A stretch of DNA of 64,000 bases from Thermoanaerobaculia bacterium (GTDB taxonomy: Bacteria > Acidobacteriota > Thermoanaerobaculia > Multivoradales > SZUA-115). The first letter of the stretch is position 1, and every line of letters starts with the position of its first letter. Location: the NCBI GenBank assembly GCA_044869805.1, contig JBIOXV010000172.1:14715-78714 (forward strand), read 5' to 3'. This document shows positions 28,339 to 38,057 of this stretch, one piece after another. The notes beneath the pieces are model-generated. The model was given only the letters and a program-made list of their open reading frames with translations. It was not told the origin of the DNA and did not search any database. The position numbers were made by a program, and so were the translations under genes.

Positions 28339-30822
28339 TCAGTCTCCGCGCAGTGCCTCGAGAGGGCTCGAGCCCGCCGCCTGCCGCGCCGGGAGGAGGC
28401 TCGCCAGCAGGGCCACGGCGGCGACCAGAAGCGCCACCGCGGCGAGCGTCGGGGCGTCGGTGGGGCTGATCCCGTAGAGCAGAGCCGCGAGCGCGCGGCT
28501 GGTGGCCACGGCCAGGGCGAGCCCGGCGCCGATGCCGGCCAGAGCGAGGCCCATCCCCTGGCGCAGCACGAGGCGCAGGATGTCGCCGCGGGCTGCTCCC
28601 ACCGCCATGCGGACGCCGATCTCCCGCCGGCGCTGGCCGGCGGTATAGAGCATGAGGCCGTAGATCCCGAGCGCCGCGAGCCCCAAGCCGATGAAGCCGA
28701 GGACGGAGAACAGGACCGCCGCCATGCGAGGCAGGAAAAGGGTGAGCCCGAGGGTGTCCTCGAGAGTCTCGAGGCGGGCGAGCGCTACCTGGGCATCGAC
28801 CTCGTGGATCGCCGTGCGCAGACCGCCGAGCGCCGCCCGCGCCTCGCCATGAGTCCTTGCCACGAGCGTCTCCGAGCCGGTGGTGATCTCGCCGCTCTCG
28901 CCCAGATCGCTCCATCGGCCCTGGTCCAGGGCACGCCAGAGAAACGGTCGGGGAGCCTCGCCGAGGGTGCGGTACTTGCCGTCCCGCACCACGCCCACCA
29001 CCTCGTAGATAGCGCCGTAGGGTGCGCCCCCATCGGCCATCCGCAGCCGCTGCCCCAGCGCCTCTCCCTGCGGCCAGAAGCGTGCCGCGAAGCTCTGGTT
29101 GACCACCGCCACGAGAGGTGCGCCCTCACGGTCGCCGGCCTCGAAGCCACGCCCGCGAAGCACCGGGGTGCGCAGGGTCTCGAAGTAACCGGGGCTCACC
29201 AGGGCGCTGTCCACGGCGGGCCACGCTCCGGCCGGCGGCTCGTCCGGCACCGCCGCTACGCGGTCGTAGCGGATCTCGACGGTGAGCGGCAAGTGGCTCG
29301 CCAGAGCCACGGACTCGATGCCGGGAAGCGAACGCACCCCCTCCGTGAGGCGCGCGAAGAAGTCCTCGGTTTCGGCGCGCGAGAAACCCTGCAGGCGGGG
29401 GGCGACGGTGGCGACGACGACCCCCGAGGGCTCGAAGCCGGGGTCCACGCGATGCGCGTTGGCGAGGCTGCGCGCCGCCAGCCCGGCGTCTACCAGGAGC
29501 ACCAGCGACAGCCCCACCTGCGCCACCACCAGCAGGCCGCCGAGCCGGCGCTGGACACGGCCGCCGGCGCTCGCCCCGCTGCGCAGCATGGTCGCGAGGT
29601 CGCCGCGGGCTGCCGTCCAGGAAGGCGCCAGGCCAAAGAGGAGGGTCGACAGGATCGAGGCAGCCAGGGTGAAGAGCAGGACCCGCCCGTCCAGAGCGAG
29701 ATCGAGCGCGAGGTCCACCGGCACCGGCAAGCGGAGCGCGGTGAAGGCGCGGTTCGAGGTCCAGGCCAGGCCCAGCCCGAGGCCACCGCCGAGGATCGCC
29801 AGCAGCAGGCTCTCGGCCAGGAGCTGGCGCGCCACGGCTGCCGTGCCGGCACCCAGGGCCCGGCGGGTGGCGATCTCGCGCCGCCGCGACAGAGCGCGGG
29901 CCAGGACGAGGTTGGCGACGTTGGTGCTGGCGATCAGCAGCACCAGGCCGATCACCCCCATGACGACGCTCGAGGCGGCGCCCAGCCTGGCGTCGACGCC
30001 GGGCAGGATGCGCACCCGGCTGGCCGGCACGGCCAGGAGCCCGCCTGCCGAACCGGGCGGCTGCTCGCCGATACGCGGCGCGAGGGCCGCGAGCTCGCCC
30101 GTGACCTCCGCCCAGGTCACGCCCGGCTCCCGCCGGCCCATCGCCCACAGCCAGCGGAGCTGGCGGCCGCCTCGCGGCGCACGCCCGGCGCCGGCGAGGT
30201 CGAGCCGTACCCAGACCTCGGGCGCCGCTGCCCGCGCGAGGCCGAAGAACCCGGGAGGAGCGACGCCGACCACCGTGTGGACCTTGCCGTTGAGGCGGAC
30301 AGTCTGGCCCAGGACCCGCGGATCGGCGCCGAACCGCCGCCTCCAGGCGAGGTAGCTCAGCACCGCCTCGTCCCCAGGAGCGCTCTCCGCCGCGCCGGCC
30401 GCCGACTCGGCACCGAAGAAACGGCCCAGGGCAGGCTCCAGCCCGAGCGTCGAGAAGTAGCCGGCGGTGGCCCGCACGCCGAGGACGAGCCGGCTCTCCT
30501 CGCCGCGCTCCAGGGCCATGGGCGCATAGCAGTAGGCGAAGAGGGCGCCGAGCCCCCGCACCGCGCCGCCGAGGTCCAGATACTCGGCCGTCGACAGCGG
30601 CGACGCGGCCATGAGCTCGCCCGGCGACGCGGTGTAGATCGCCACCAGCTCCTCCGGTGCCACCACCGGCAGCGGCCGGAAGAGCGTGGCGTTGACCAGA
30701 CTGAAGACCGCGGCGTTGAGCCCGATGCCGAGCGCCAGGATGGCCACCGCCGCCGCGGCAAAGCCAGGGCTCGCACGGAGCTGGCGGACGGCGCAGCGCA
30801 GGTCGTGTGCGAGGAGGGTCAT
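28339..30822 (-). CDS. ADOP-family duplicated FtsX/MacB-type ABC permease
   Basis: 827-aa ORF. The N-terminus reads LRCAVRQLRASPGFAAAAVAILALGIGLNAAVFSLVNATLFRPLP. Two MacB-periplasmic plus FtsX 4-TM modules follow. No adjacent ATPase gene. Confidence 0.88.
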   Translation of the reverse strand: MTLLAHDLRCAVRQLRASPGFAAAAVAILALGIGLNAAVFSLVNATLFRPLPVVAPEELVAIYTASPGELMAASPLSTAEYLDLGGAVRGLGALFAYCYAPMALERGEESRLVLGVRATAGYFSTLGLEPALGRFFGAESAAGAAESAPGDEAVLSYLAWRRRFGADPRVLGQTVRLNGKVHTVVGVAPPGFFGLARAAAPEVWVRLDLAGAGRAPRGGRQLRWLWAMGRREPGVTWAEVTGELAALAPRIGEQPPGSAGGLLAVPASRVRILPGVDARLGAASSVVMGVIGLVLLIASTNVANLVLARALSRRREIATRRALGAGTAAVARQLLAESLLLAILGGGLGLGLAWTSNRAFTALRLPVPVDLALDLALDGRVLLFTLAASILSTLLFGLAPSWTAARGDLATMLRSGASAGGRVQRRLGGLLVVAQVGLSLVLLVDAGLAARSLANAHRVDPGFEPSGVVVATVAPRLQGFSRAETEDFFARLTEGVRSLPGIESVALASHLPLTVEIRYDRVAAVPDEPPAGAWPAVDSALVSPGYFETLRTPVLRGRGFEAGDREGAPLVAVVNQSFAARFWPQGEALGQRLRMADGGAPYGAIYEVVGVVRDGKYRTLGEAPRPFLWRALDQGRWSDLGESGEITTGSETLVARTHGEARAALGGLRTAIHEVDAQVALARLETLEDTLGLTLFLPRMAAVLFSVLGFIGLGLAALGIYGLMLYTAGQRRREIGVRMAVGAARGDILRLVLRQGMGLALAGIGAGLALAVATSRALAALLYGISPTDAPTLAAVALLVAAVALLASLLPARQAAGSSPLEALRGD

Positions 30823-30871
30823 CGCGGATGCGCCCCCGCGGCAGGGGCAGTGGCCTGAGCTCAGCGCGCCC

Positions 30872-31594
30872 TCAGGCGAGGGCGTGGAAGACCTTCTGCA
30901 CGTCGTCGTCCTGCTCCAGCCGGTCGACCAGCTTCAGCACCTCGGTCGCCTTGTCCTCGGGCAGCTCGACGGGAGTCTGCGGGACGTACTCGGACTCCGC
31001 CGAGAGCGGCGTGATGCCGCGGTCCTCGAGGCCCTTCTGCAGATGGCCGAAGTCGGCGAAGGCACAGCGCAGCACGAGCTGCGGCTCGCCCTTTTCGCCC
31101 GTCGACTCGCCCAGCTCCTCGAGCCCGTGGTCGATCAGCTCGAGCTCCAGCTCCTCGGCGTCGAGGCCGGCCGGGTTCAAGCGGAAGGCTCCCATGCGCT
31201 TGAACAGGAAGCTCACGCTGCCGCTGTTGCCGAGGTTGCCGTTCCCCTTGTTGAAGTGCATCCGCAGGTTGGAGACGGTGCGCGTCGGGTTGTCGGTGGC
31301 GGTCTCGACCAGGATGGGAACGCCGTGGGGGCCGTAGCCCTCGTAGAGGACCTCCTGGTAGTTCTCCGCTTCCTTGCCCGCGGCGCGCTTGATCGCCGCC
31401 TCGACCTTGTCTTTCGGCATGTTGACGGCGCGCGCGTTCTGCACCACGCGCCGCAGCATGGGGTTCGCGGCCGGGTCAGGGCCGCCCGCCTTGACGGCGA
31501 TGGTGATGTCCTTGCCGATCCTGGCGAACTGCTTCGCCATGCGGTCCCAGCGGGCGAACATCACGTGCTTGCGGGTTTCGAAGATACGTCCCAT
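30872..31594 (-). CDS. yebC: YebC/PmpR (TACO1) family transcriptional regulator
   Basis: Internal ATG at 31594. It contains [35 protein letters not shown] and [19 protein letters not shown]. The upstream part of the 523-aa track ORF is low-complexity junk. Confidence 0.88.
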   Translation of the reverse strand: MGRIFETRKHVMFARWDRMAKQFARIGKDITIAVKAGGPDPAANPMLRRVVQNARAVNMPKDKVEAAIKRAAGKEAENYQEVLYEGYGPHGVPILVETATDNPTRTVSNLRMHFNKGNGNLGNSGSVSFLFKRMGAFRLNPAGLDAEELELELIDHGLEELGESTGEKGEPQLVLRCAFADFGHLQKGLEDRGITPLSAESEYVPQTPVELPEDKATEVLKLVDRLEQDDDVQKVFHALA

Positions 31595-31695
31595 GGTCTG
31601 TCCGCGGAGATGGAGGTCCAGGAAGTCCAGAGTGGAGCCGCCCGGGAGCGCCGGGCTGCGGTTTGAAGGCGACGGGCCTTTGTTGCGGGCCGAAT

Positions 31696-32772
31696 CTAGC
31701 TTGAGGGCGGAGGTGGAGTAAAGGGTTCGCCCTCGGCGCCCAGCTCCCGCCGCCGGGCCTCGGCCGGCAGCTCGGCGAGGCGACGCACCCGGGCGAAGAA
31801 GCGACCGAGGTCGCCGGCCTCGCTCGAGAGCAGGGCCTCGAAGCCGGGCACCAGCTCGTGATAAGCGCTGAACGAGGCGAGCCGAGCGTTGTTGAGGCCG
31901 CTCTCGAACCATCCCGCGTACGGCGATCTGCCCCACTCCGCGGCCTTCCGCAGGTGCTCCGCCCTGAGCTCGGCCAGCACCTCCGCCTTGCGGCGGCGTT
32001 TCCAGTCGTCGGCTTCGGCCGCGGCGTAGACGGCGGCCAGCCGCAGTCGCGCCCCCGCCACCAGGCGGGCGACCTCGGCCTCGTGGGACCGCCCGGCACG
32101 GTAGGCCGCGACCTCTTCGCCCCGCCCCCGGGCGGCGAGCCAGCGCTCCACCCCCGCCTGCTCCACGGCGGTGGCGAAGGACTCGTTGAAGGCGGTGTCG
32201 TCGCGCACGTAGACCACCTGGTGCGCGAGCTCGTGGAAGAGCAGGCCGGCGAGGTCGGCATCGGGCAGGGCGAGGAAGGTGTTGAGCACCGGGTCGTCGA
32301 GCCAGCCCAGAGTCGAGAAGGCTGCCACGCCGCCGATATCCACGTCGTGGCCCTGATCGCGCCAGCGCGCCGCGAAGCGCTCGGCCGCCTGGCGCGAGAA
32401 GTAGCCGCGGTAGGTCACGCAGCCGGCGATGGGGAAGCACCACTGCCGCGGCTCGAGCGCCAGCTCCGGCGCCACCACCACCGTCCAGGTCGAGTAGGGT
32501 CGGCCGAGGTCGGCGTAGGAACGGTAGCTGCCGTTGTCCGGCAGCGCCAGCGCCTCGACCGCGAACTCCCGCATCTCCTGCACCACCTGGAGCCGGCCGC
32601 GCAGCTCGGCGTCGACGGCGGGGTCGGCGAGCAGGCGCGCGATCGAGCGCCGCTTGCAGACGATCTCCAGGCCGCCTCGCACCGCCTGCGCGTAGTAGCC
32701 CACGCTGCTGCAGGCGCCGGCCAGGCCGAGGCAGGCGGCGACCACCAGGACGCGGGCGAAGCGTCGGCGCAC
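31696..32772 (-). CDS. Putative aminopeptidase (PF10023/DUF2265-like zinc protease, lipoprotein)
   Basis: 358-aa ORF with lipobox LAGACSS. It contains [12 protein letters not shown]..., TYRGYF and HELAHQ. Confidence 0.8.
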   Translation of the reverse strand: MRRRFARVLVVAACLGLAGACSSVGYYAQAVRGGLEIVCKRRSIARLLADPAVDAELRGRLQVVQEMREFAVEALALPDNGSYRSYADLGRPYSTWTVVVAPELALEPRQWCFPIAGCVTYRGYFSRQAAERFAARWRDQGHDVDIGGVAAFSTLGWLDDPVLNTFLALPDADLAGLLFHELAHQVVYVRDDTAFNESFATAVEQAGVERWLAARGRGEEVAAYRAGRSHEAEVARLVAGARLRLAAVYAAAEADDWKRRRKAEVLAELRAEHLRKAAEWGRSPYAGWFESGLNNARLASFSAYHELVPGFEALLSSEAGDLGRFFARVRRLAELPAEARRRELGAEGEPFTPPPPSS

Positions 32773-32902
32773 GTGGCCGACTCTATCCGCAGCGGGCCTA
32801 CCAACACGGCCGGGACAAGCCCGGCCGCTTCGTCCGGAAGGGGCACGGCTCCGGGGTAGCGGCCGGACCTGTGCCGGCCTTCCTGCACCTCCAGGCCGGC
32901 CT

Positions 32903-33655
32903 TCAGTCAGGCCGGAACAGCTCCGCGGGTGCGTGGACCAACCCGGCGGCGCTCGTCCCCGGATGGCTCGCCAGGTATTCCTCGACCAGCCGGAAGCCCA
33001 GCGCGTAGCCGGTCCAGCGCGGCAGGGCCGGGTCGGTGCCGAAGAACCAGGCGCCGAAGTCGAAGGTCGTGGAGTCGAAGAGCGGCCGCGCCTGGGCCAT
33101 GTAGTGCGGGATCGAGGCTTCGGAGAGGGCGCTGGACCACGGCGGGATCGGTGCGCCCAGGAGCTCCACCGCGAAATGGTCCGCCATTCCCTCGGAGATC
33201 ATGGCCTCGAGCAGCGTCACCCCGTAGCCCGGGCCTCGCCAACGCGCTGCATGGTGCAGCTCGTGGGCGGCGAGCGGCGGCAGGCGATCGGGCAGCACCT
33301 GGGCCAGCGCCGGGAAGGCTGGGTCGGCCACGATCTCGATGGTGAAGGCATTGGGCGTGTAACCGCCGAGACCGTAGCCGGGGATGGAGCGCGCCCGGTC
33401 CGGCGACACCAGGAAGGTGACGCCCCCGACCGGGATCGCCCTCGCGGCGGTCTCGAAGGTGGAGATCAGAAGACCCCGGATCGCCGGCTCGACCGCCGCG
33501 AGCTGGCCGTTGGGGTCGACGACGACGATCGAGCTAGAGCCCGGCGGGTCGCCTGGCTCGGAGGGCGAGCGGCGGTCGCAGGCCGCGGCGGCGAGCCAGA
33601 CGCCGGTGATCCAAAGGGCGGCGAGCGAGGCGAAGGCGGGAGCGCGGCGCTGCAT
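32903..33655 (-). CDS. DUF2268-like predicted Zn-dependent protease (lipoprotein)
   Basis: 250-aa ORF with signal peptide and lipobox (LAAAAC). It carries an HELHH metal-binding-type motif. Confidence 0.7.
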   Translation of the reverse strand: MQRRAPAFASLAALWITGVWLAAAACDRRSPSEPGDPPGSSSIVVVDPNGQLAAVEPAIRGLLISTFETAARAIPVGGVTFLVSPDRARSIPGYGLGGYTPNAFTIEIVADPAFPALAQVLPDRLPPLAAHELHHAARWRGPGYGVTLLEAMISEGMADHFAVELLGAPIPPWSSALSEASIPHYMAQARPLFDSTTFDFGAWFFGTDPALPRWTGYALGFRLVEEYLASHPGTSAAGLVHAPAELFRPD

Positions 33656-33782
33656 ACGGGCCCTCCTTCGGAAAAACGGCGGTCGATCTGGTAAGCGACG
33701 CTTGCAAGTCCTCTGCCGCCGGGTGCTAGCCTGCGCTCCTACTCATGCCCCCCTACCCATGCGTCTCGAGAAGGAGCTCCCG

Positions 33783-35219
33783 ATGAAGGCGCCAGCCGCC
33801 GCCCGGCTCATCGCCGCGGCCTGCTTCCTCTGTTCTTCGGCCCTCGCCGCCGACGGCCCCCCGGCCGCCGCCGCCACTGCGCCGCCGCGCACTCTGCGGC
33901 TCGACTACGTACACGCGGGCAACGCCGGCGAGGAGCGTTTCGCGCTTGAGCGCGTGGTGCTCGAGCCGCTCGCCTGGCCGGGCAATCCCCGCCGGCCGTT
34001 CGACGACACCAACCTCGGCCCCTATCGCTTCGAGGTGATCGACGGCGAGACTGGCCGCCCTCTCTACTCGCGCGGCTTCGCCTCGATCTTCGGCGAGTGG
34101 CAGACCACGGCCGAGGCCAAGGAGCTGTGGCGGGCGTTCTCCGAGTCGGTGCGCTTCCCGGCGCCCGAGAAGCCGGTGCGGATGATCCTCAAGAAGCGCG
34201 ATGCCGGCCAGGCCTTCGTCGAGGTGGCGAGCTTCGCGATCGATCCCGCGAGCCCGTTCATCGACCGCTCGGCGCCGCCGGCCCCGGGGCCGGTGCTCGA
34301 GATCCAGAAGAGCGGCGACCCGGCCGGCAAGGTGGACCTGCTGCTGCTCGGCGACGGCTACACGACGGCCGAGCAGGGCAAGTTCGAGCGCGACGCCCGC
34401 CGCCTGGCCGAGGTGCTGTTCTCGCACTCTCCGTTCAAGGAGCACCGCGGCGACTTCAACGTCTGGGCGCTGGCGCCGGCCGCGGCCGAGAGCGGCGTCT
34501 CGCGCCCCTCGACCGGCGTCCACCTGCGCTCGCCGCTCGGCGCCACCTACGACGCCTTCGGCTCCGAGCGCTACGTGCTCTCCTTCGACAACCGCGCCTT
34601 CCGCGACGTCGCCGCCTTCGCGCCCCACGACTTCGTGGAGATCCTGGTCAACGGCGCCACCTACGGCGGCGGCGGCATCTTCCAGCTCTACGGCACGGTG
34701 GCGGCCGACAGCGCCTGGGCGCCCTACATCTTCGTGCACGAGTTCGGGCACCACTTCGCCGCCCTGGCGGACGAGTACTACACCTCGCCCGTGGCCTACG
34801 AGCCGAAGGGGGACACGGCGCGCGTCGAGCCCTGGGAGAAGAACGTCACGGCCGACCCCCGGGCCGCGAAGTGGAGCGATCTCGCGAGCCCCGGCGTGCC
34901 GCTCGCCACGCCGTGGCGGAAGGCCGAGTTCGAGGCCTTCCAGCGCGACGTCCAGGCCCGGCGCCGGGCGATCCGCGCCGCGCGCCGGCCGGAGGCCGAG
35001 ATGGACGCCCTGTTCCGCGAGGAGCAGGCCCACGCCACCCGCCTGCTGGGCAGCGACGAGCACTCCGGCAAGGTGGGCGCCTTCGAAGGCGCCTCCTACG
35101 AGGCGCAGGGCCTCTACCGGCCGCAGGAGGACTGCACCATGTTCACCCGCGACGAGGTGGGCTTCTGCGCCGTGTGCCGGCGGGCGATCGAAGAGGTGAT
35201 CGACCTGTACACGAAGTAG
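33783..35219 (+). CDS. Peptidase M64 (IgA-peptidase family) metalloprotease, exported
   Basis: The ATG at 33783 is preceded by AAGGAG. It has a signal peptide (MKAPAAARLIAAACFLCSSALA). It contains VDLLLLGDGYT and HEFGHHFAALADEYY. Confidence 0.88.
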   Translation: MKAPAAARLIAAACFLCSSALAADGPPAAAATAPPRTLRLDYVHAGNAGEERFALERVVLEPLAWPGNPRRPFDDTNLGPYRFEVIDGETGRPLYSRGFASIFGEWQTTAEAKELWRAFSESVRFPAPEKPVRMILKKRDAGQAFVEVASFAIDPASPFIDRSAPPAPGPVLEIQKSGDPAGKVDLLLLGDGYTTAEQGKFERDARRLAEVLFSHSPFKEHRGDFNVWALAPAAAESGVSRPSTGVHLRSPLGATYDAFGSERYVLSFDNRAFRDVAAFAPHDFVEILVNGATYGGGGIFQLYGTVAADSAWAPYIFVHEFGHHFAALADEYYTSPVAYEPKGDTARVEPWEKNVTADPRAAKWSDLASPGVPLATPWRKAEFEAFQRDVQARRRAIRAARRPEAEMDALFREEQAHATRLLGSDEHSGKVGAFEGASYEAQGLYRPQEDCTMFTRDEVGFCAVCRRAIEEVIDLYTK

Positions 35220-36232
35220 GGCACGGGGCCACGCCTACAGCCTTCGGGCCGGCCGTCGGCCTCGACGCGCAGGTAGAGCTGGTGCAGCATCTCGACCACT
35301 CGCTCGAAGCGCCGCTGGGCCTCGCCGTGGGTGTCACGGGTCAGGCCGGCGAACTGTCGCGCCTGGAGGCTCCGCCCGCGACCGAGCACCTCGAGCGCCA
35401 GGTCGACGTAGCGAGCGGCGTAGAGGTTGCCCGGCAGGTCGGCGACTTCCTCCTCGGCTAGGCGGCGGGCGAGCTCCGAGATATCGGTGGCCGAGAGCGC
35501 CAGCACCCGTGCCTCGGCTCCGTCCGCCGGCGAGGCCTGCGCCGTGGCCCGGCCCGCCTCCAGGCGCAGCAGCCAGCCTCCCTCGCCCTGCTCCGGCCGT
35601 TCGGCTTCCTCGAGGAGCTGCAGCACCACGGTCTCGCCCGCCAGGCGGCCGTCGGCGACCTTCGCTAGCCCCTCGGCGAGGCTGGCGGCACGCTCACCCT
35701 CGGCGCCGGCGCCCGCGACGGCCGCGAGGACCTCCTCCGCCAGCTCGCGGAGGGCCGCCGATTGGCGACCGCCGGCGAGCTGGAACACCTGCTTCTCGAC
35801 GCCGTCGAGGCGCAGCTTGACCCTGCAGACGAGCTCCAGTGCCAGGGACGGCTCGCCGGGAGCCGGGTCGTCCCGGCCGCCGTAGCGCTCGGCGAGGGAG
35901 GCGAAGCCTTGCTGGCGGAAGGCCTCCAGCAGCAGGCGGATCTCACCGCGCTCGAGAGTGAGCTGGCGTTCCTGGTCCCAGATGGCGACGCCGCTGCCAA
36001 ACACAGTGACCGAGCGCATGCCGGCCTCGCCACCGCACTCCACTTCGATCTCGAGCTCGTCCCAGGACTGTTTCGACAGGGCCTGCTCGAGCGCCCGACT
36101 CAGCGGCTCGTCCACCGCCGGCGGCAGGGCCGTCGGGGAGGTCAGCGCCAAGGGGCGCAGGCGGTCGCCGCAGGCTGCCAGTAGACAGAGGGCCAAGGCA
36201 AAGGCGAGCGCCGTCCCACGGGTTCTGTTCAT
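35114..36232 (-). CDS. Lipoprotein of unknown function with an apparent internal duplication
   Basis: ATG at 36232 (MNRTRGTALAFALALCLLAACGD). Two similar halves are visible by eye. The last ~35 codons are antisense to the M64 gene's 3' end. Confidence 0.6.
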   Translation of the reverse strand: MNRTRGTALAFALALCLLAACGDRLRPLALTSPTALPPAVDEPLSRALEQALSKQSWDELEIEVECGGEAGMRSVTVFGSGVAIWDQERQLTLERGEIRLLLEAFRQQGFASLAERYGGRDDPAPGEPSLALELVCRVKLRLDGVEKQVFQLAGGRQSAALRELAEEVLAAVAGAGAEGERAASLAEGLAKVADGRLAGETVVLQLLEEAERPEQGEGGWLLRLEAGRATAQASPADGAEARVLALSATDISELARRLAEEEVADLPGNLYAARYVDLALEVLGRGRSLQARQFAGLTRDTHGEAQRRFERVVEMLHQLYLRVEADGRPEGCRRGPVPYFVYRSITSSIARRHTAQKPTSSRVNMVQSSCGR

Positions 36233-36416
36233 CCTCGCTCCGAGCCGAGTGGGTCCCGTTTGTACCACGGCCGCCTGCCGGCACACGGGCTGTCCCGGCG
36301 ACGGTGGCAGCCGGCACTCTTAGGACAGGTAATCTTCCGCCATTTTCGCCGGGATCGGCGGGCATCGCCGGCTTGCGATCGCCCGGGCGCCCCGACGAGC
36401 TTAAGTCAAGGAGGCC

Positions 36417-38057
36417 GTGATGAGCTCAGTCCCGAACGGAGCCCGCCTCGCTGTGGCCCTCGCGCTCGTCGGAGCGCTGCCGGCCGTCCCCGCCCTCGCG
36501 GCGTCGCCCGACCATCCCGAGGTCAGCTTCGCCGTGCGGCACGACGTCTCACCGCCGCTCGCCCAGCAGCCGATCCGCCGCCCGCGGGCCGGCCAGCCCG
36601 ATCGGCAGATCCCCCTGCGCGTGCCGCTGGACTTGGCGGCCCGGTATCACCCCACCCCGCCCGCCGCGGACCCGCTGCTCGCGGTGAGCGAGACCTTCGC
36701 GGTCGCCACACCCTCTCCGATCCTCACTTTCGAGGGCCTGTCGGACGACGACAACGCCGCCGTCACCGGCGGCCGGATCGTGCCGCCGGACACCCAGGGC
36801 GACGTGGGCCTCACCCAGTACCTCCAGGCGATCAACCTGATCCTCGCCGTCTACAACAAGGCGACCGGGGCCCGCACCTTCGGCCCGGTGACGGTCGCCT
36901 CGCTGTGGGCCGGCTTCGGGGGCGAATGCGAAACCAACAACGACGGCGATCCCATCGTGCTGTACGACGACGCGGCCGACCGTTGGCTGGTGAGCCAGTT
37001 CGCGATCGCCGCCGACGGCCACCAGTGCATCGCCATCTCCACCACCAACAACCCCGCCGGCTCCTATTTCCGCTACGACTTCGTGGTCAGCCCCGACGCC
37101 TTCAACGACTATCCCAAGCTCGGCGTCTGGCCGGACGGCTACTACATGAGCGCCAACGAGTTCGAGACCAACTTCACCGGCGCCATCGCGGTGGCCTTCG
37201 AGCGCAGCAGGATGCTGCTCGGCCAGCCCGCTCAGATGGTGAAGTTCGGGCCTCTCGCCTGTGGCAGCGAGTGCTTCTTTTCCCTCCAGCCCTCTCACTT
37301 CGAGGGCGGCACGGCGCCGCCGGCCGGCGCGCCCAACACCTTCGTGATGGCCTTCGACGACGAAACCTGGGGAACCGGCTCCAACCCGGACGGCTACCGG
37401 ATCTGGGACTTCACCGTCAACTGGACGAGCCCGGGCAGCTCTAGCTTCATCGTCCGTCCACAGGTCAACGCTCCCGAGTTCGACGCCAACCTGTGCAACT
37501 TCTCGCGGAACTGCATCCGCCAGCCCTCGCCAGGCGAGCGCCTGGACCCGCTGGGTCAGTTCACTATGTTCCGGGCTCAGTACCGAAACTTCGGCACCAG
37601 CGAGCGGATCGTCCTCAACCACACGGTGGACGTGGGCAGCAACCGCGCCGGGGTGCGCTGGACCGAGCTGCGCGACAACGGCAGCGGCTGGGTGCTGCAC
37701 CAGACCGGGACCGTCGCACCCGGCTCCGATTCACGCTGGGTGGGCTCGATCGCCATGGACGGTGACGGCAACATCGCGCTCGGCTACAGCGTCTCGAGCC
37801 AGACCGTCAGGCCCTCGATCCGCTACGCCACGCGCTCGGCGGGAGACCCCTTGGGCACCATGGGCGCGGAGGTGACGCTGCAGGCCGGGGCGGGCGTACA
37901 GCGCCAGTCCTTCAACCGCTGGGGCGACTACTCGACGATGAGCGTCGACCCGGCGGACGACTGCACCTTCTGGTACACGCAGGAGTACTACGCCAACAAC
38001 GGCAGCTTCGACTTCAAGACGCGGATCGGCTCGTTCAAGGTGCCGGGCTGTAGCTGA
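36417..38057 (+). CDS. Secreted protein of unknown function (possibly a sialidase/BNR-like beta-propeller)
   Basis: 546-aa ORF with AAGGAGG upstream and a signal peptide (ALVGALPAVPALAA). The motifs DGDPIVLYD and RWGDYSTMSVDP resemble propeller families. The function call is weak. Confidence 0.7.
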   Translation: MMSSVPNGARLAVALALVGALPAVPALAASPDHPEVSFAVRHDVSPPLAQQPIRRPRAGQPDRQIPLRVPLDLAARYHPTPPAADPLLAVSETFAVATPSPILTFEGLSDDDNAAVTGGRIVPPDTQGDVGLTQYLQAINLILAVYNKATGARTFGPVTVASLWAGFGGECETNNDGDPIVLYDDAADRWLVSQFAIAADGHQCIAISTTNNPAGSYFRYDFVVSPDAFNDYPKLGVWPDGYYMSANEFETNFTGAIAVAFERSRMLLGQPAQMVKFGPLACGSECFFSLQPSHFEGGTAPPAGAPNTFVMAFDDETWGTGSNPDGYRIWDFTVNWTSPGSSSFIVRPQVNAPEFDANLCNFSRNCIRQPSPGERLDPLGQFTMFRAQYRNFGTSERIVLNHTVDVGSNRAGVRWTELRDNGSGWVLHQTGTVAPGSDSRWVGSIAMDGDGNIALGYSVSSQTVRPSIRYATRSAGDPLGTMGAEVTLQAGAGVQRQSFNRWGDYSTMSVDPADDCTFWYTQEYYANNGSFDFKTRIGSFKVPGCS

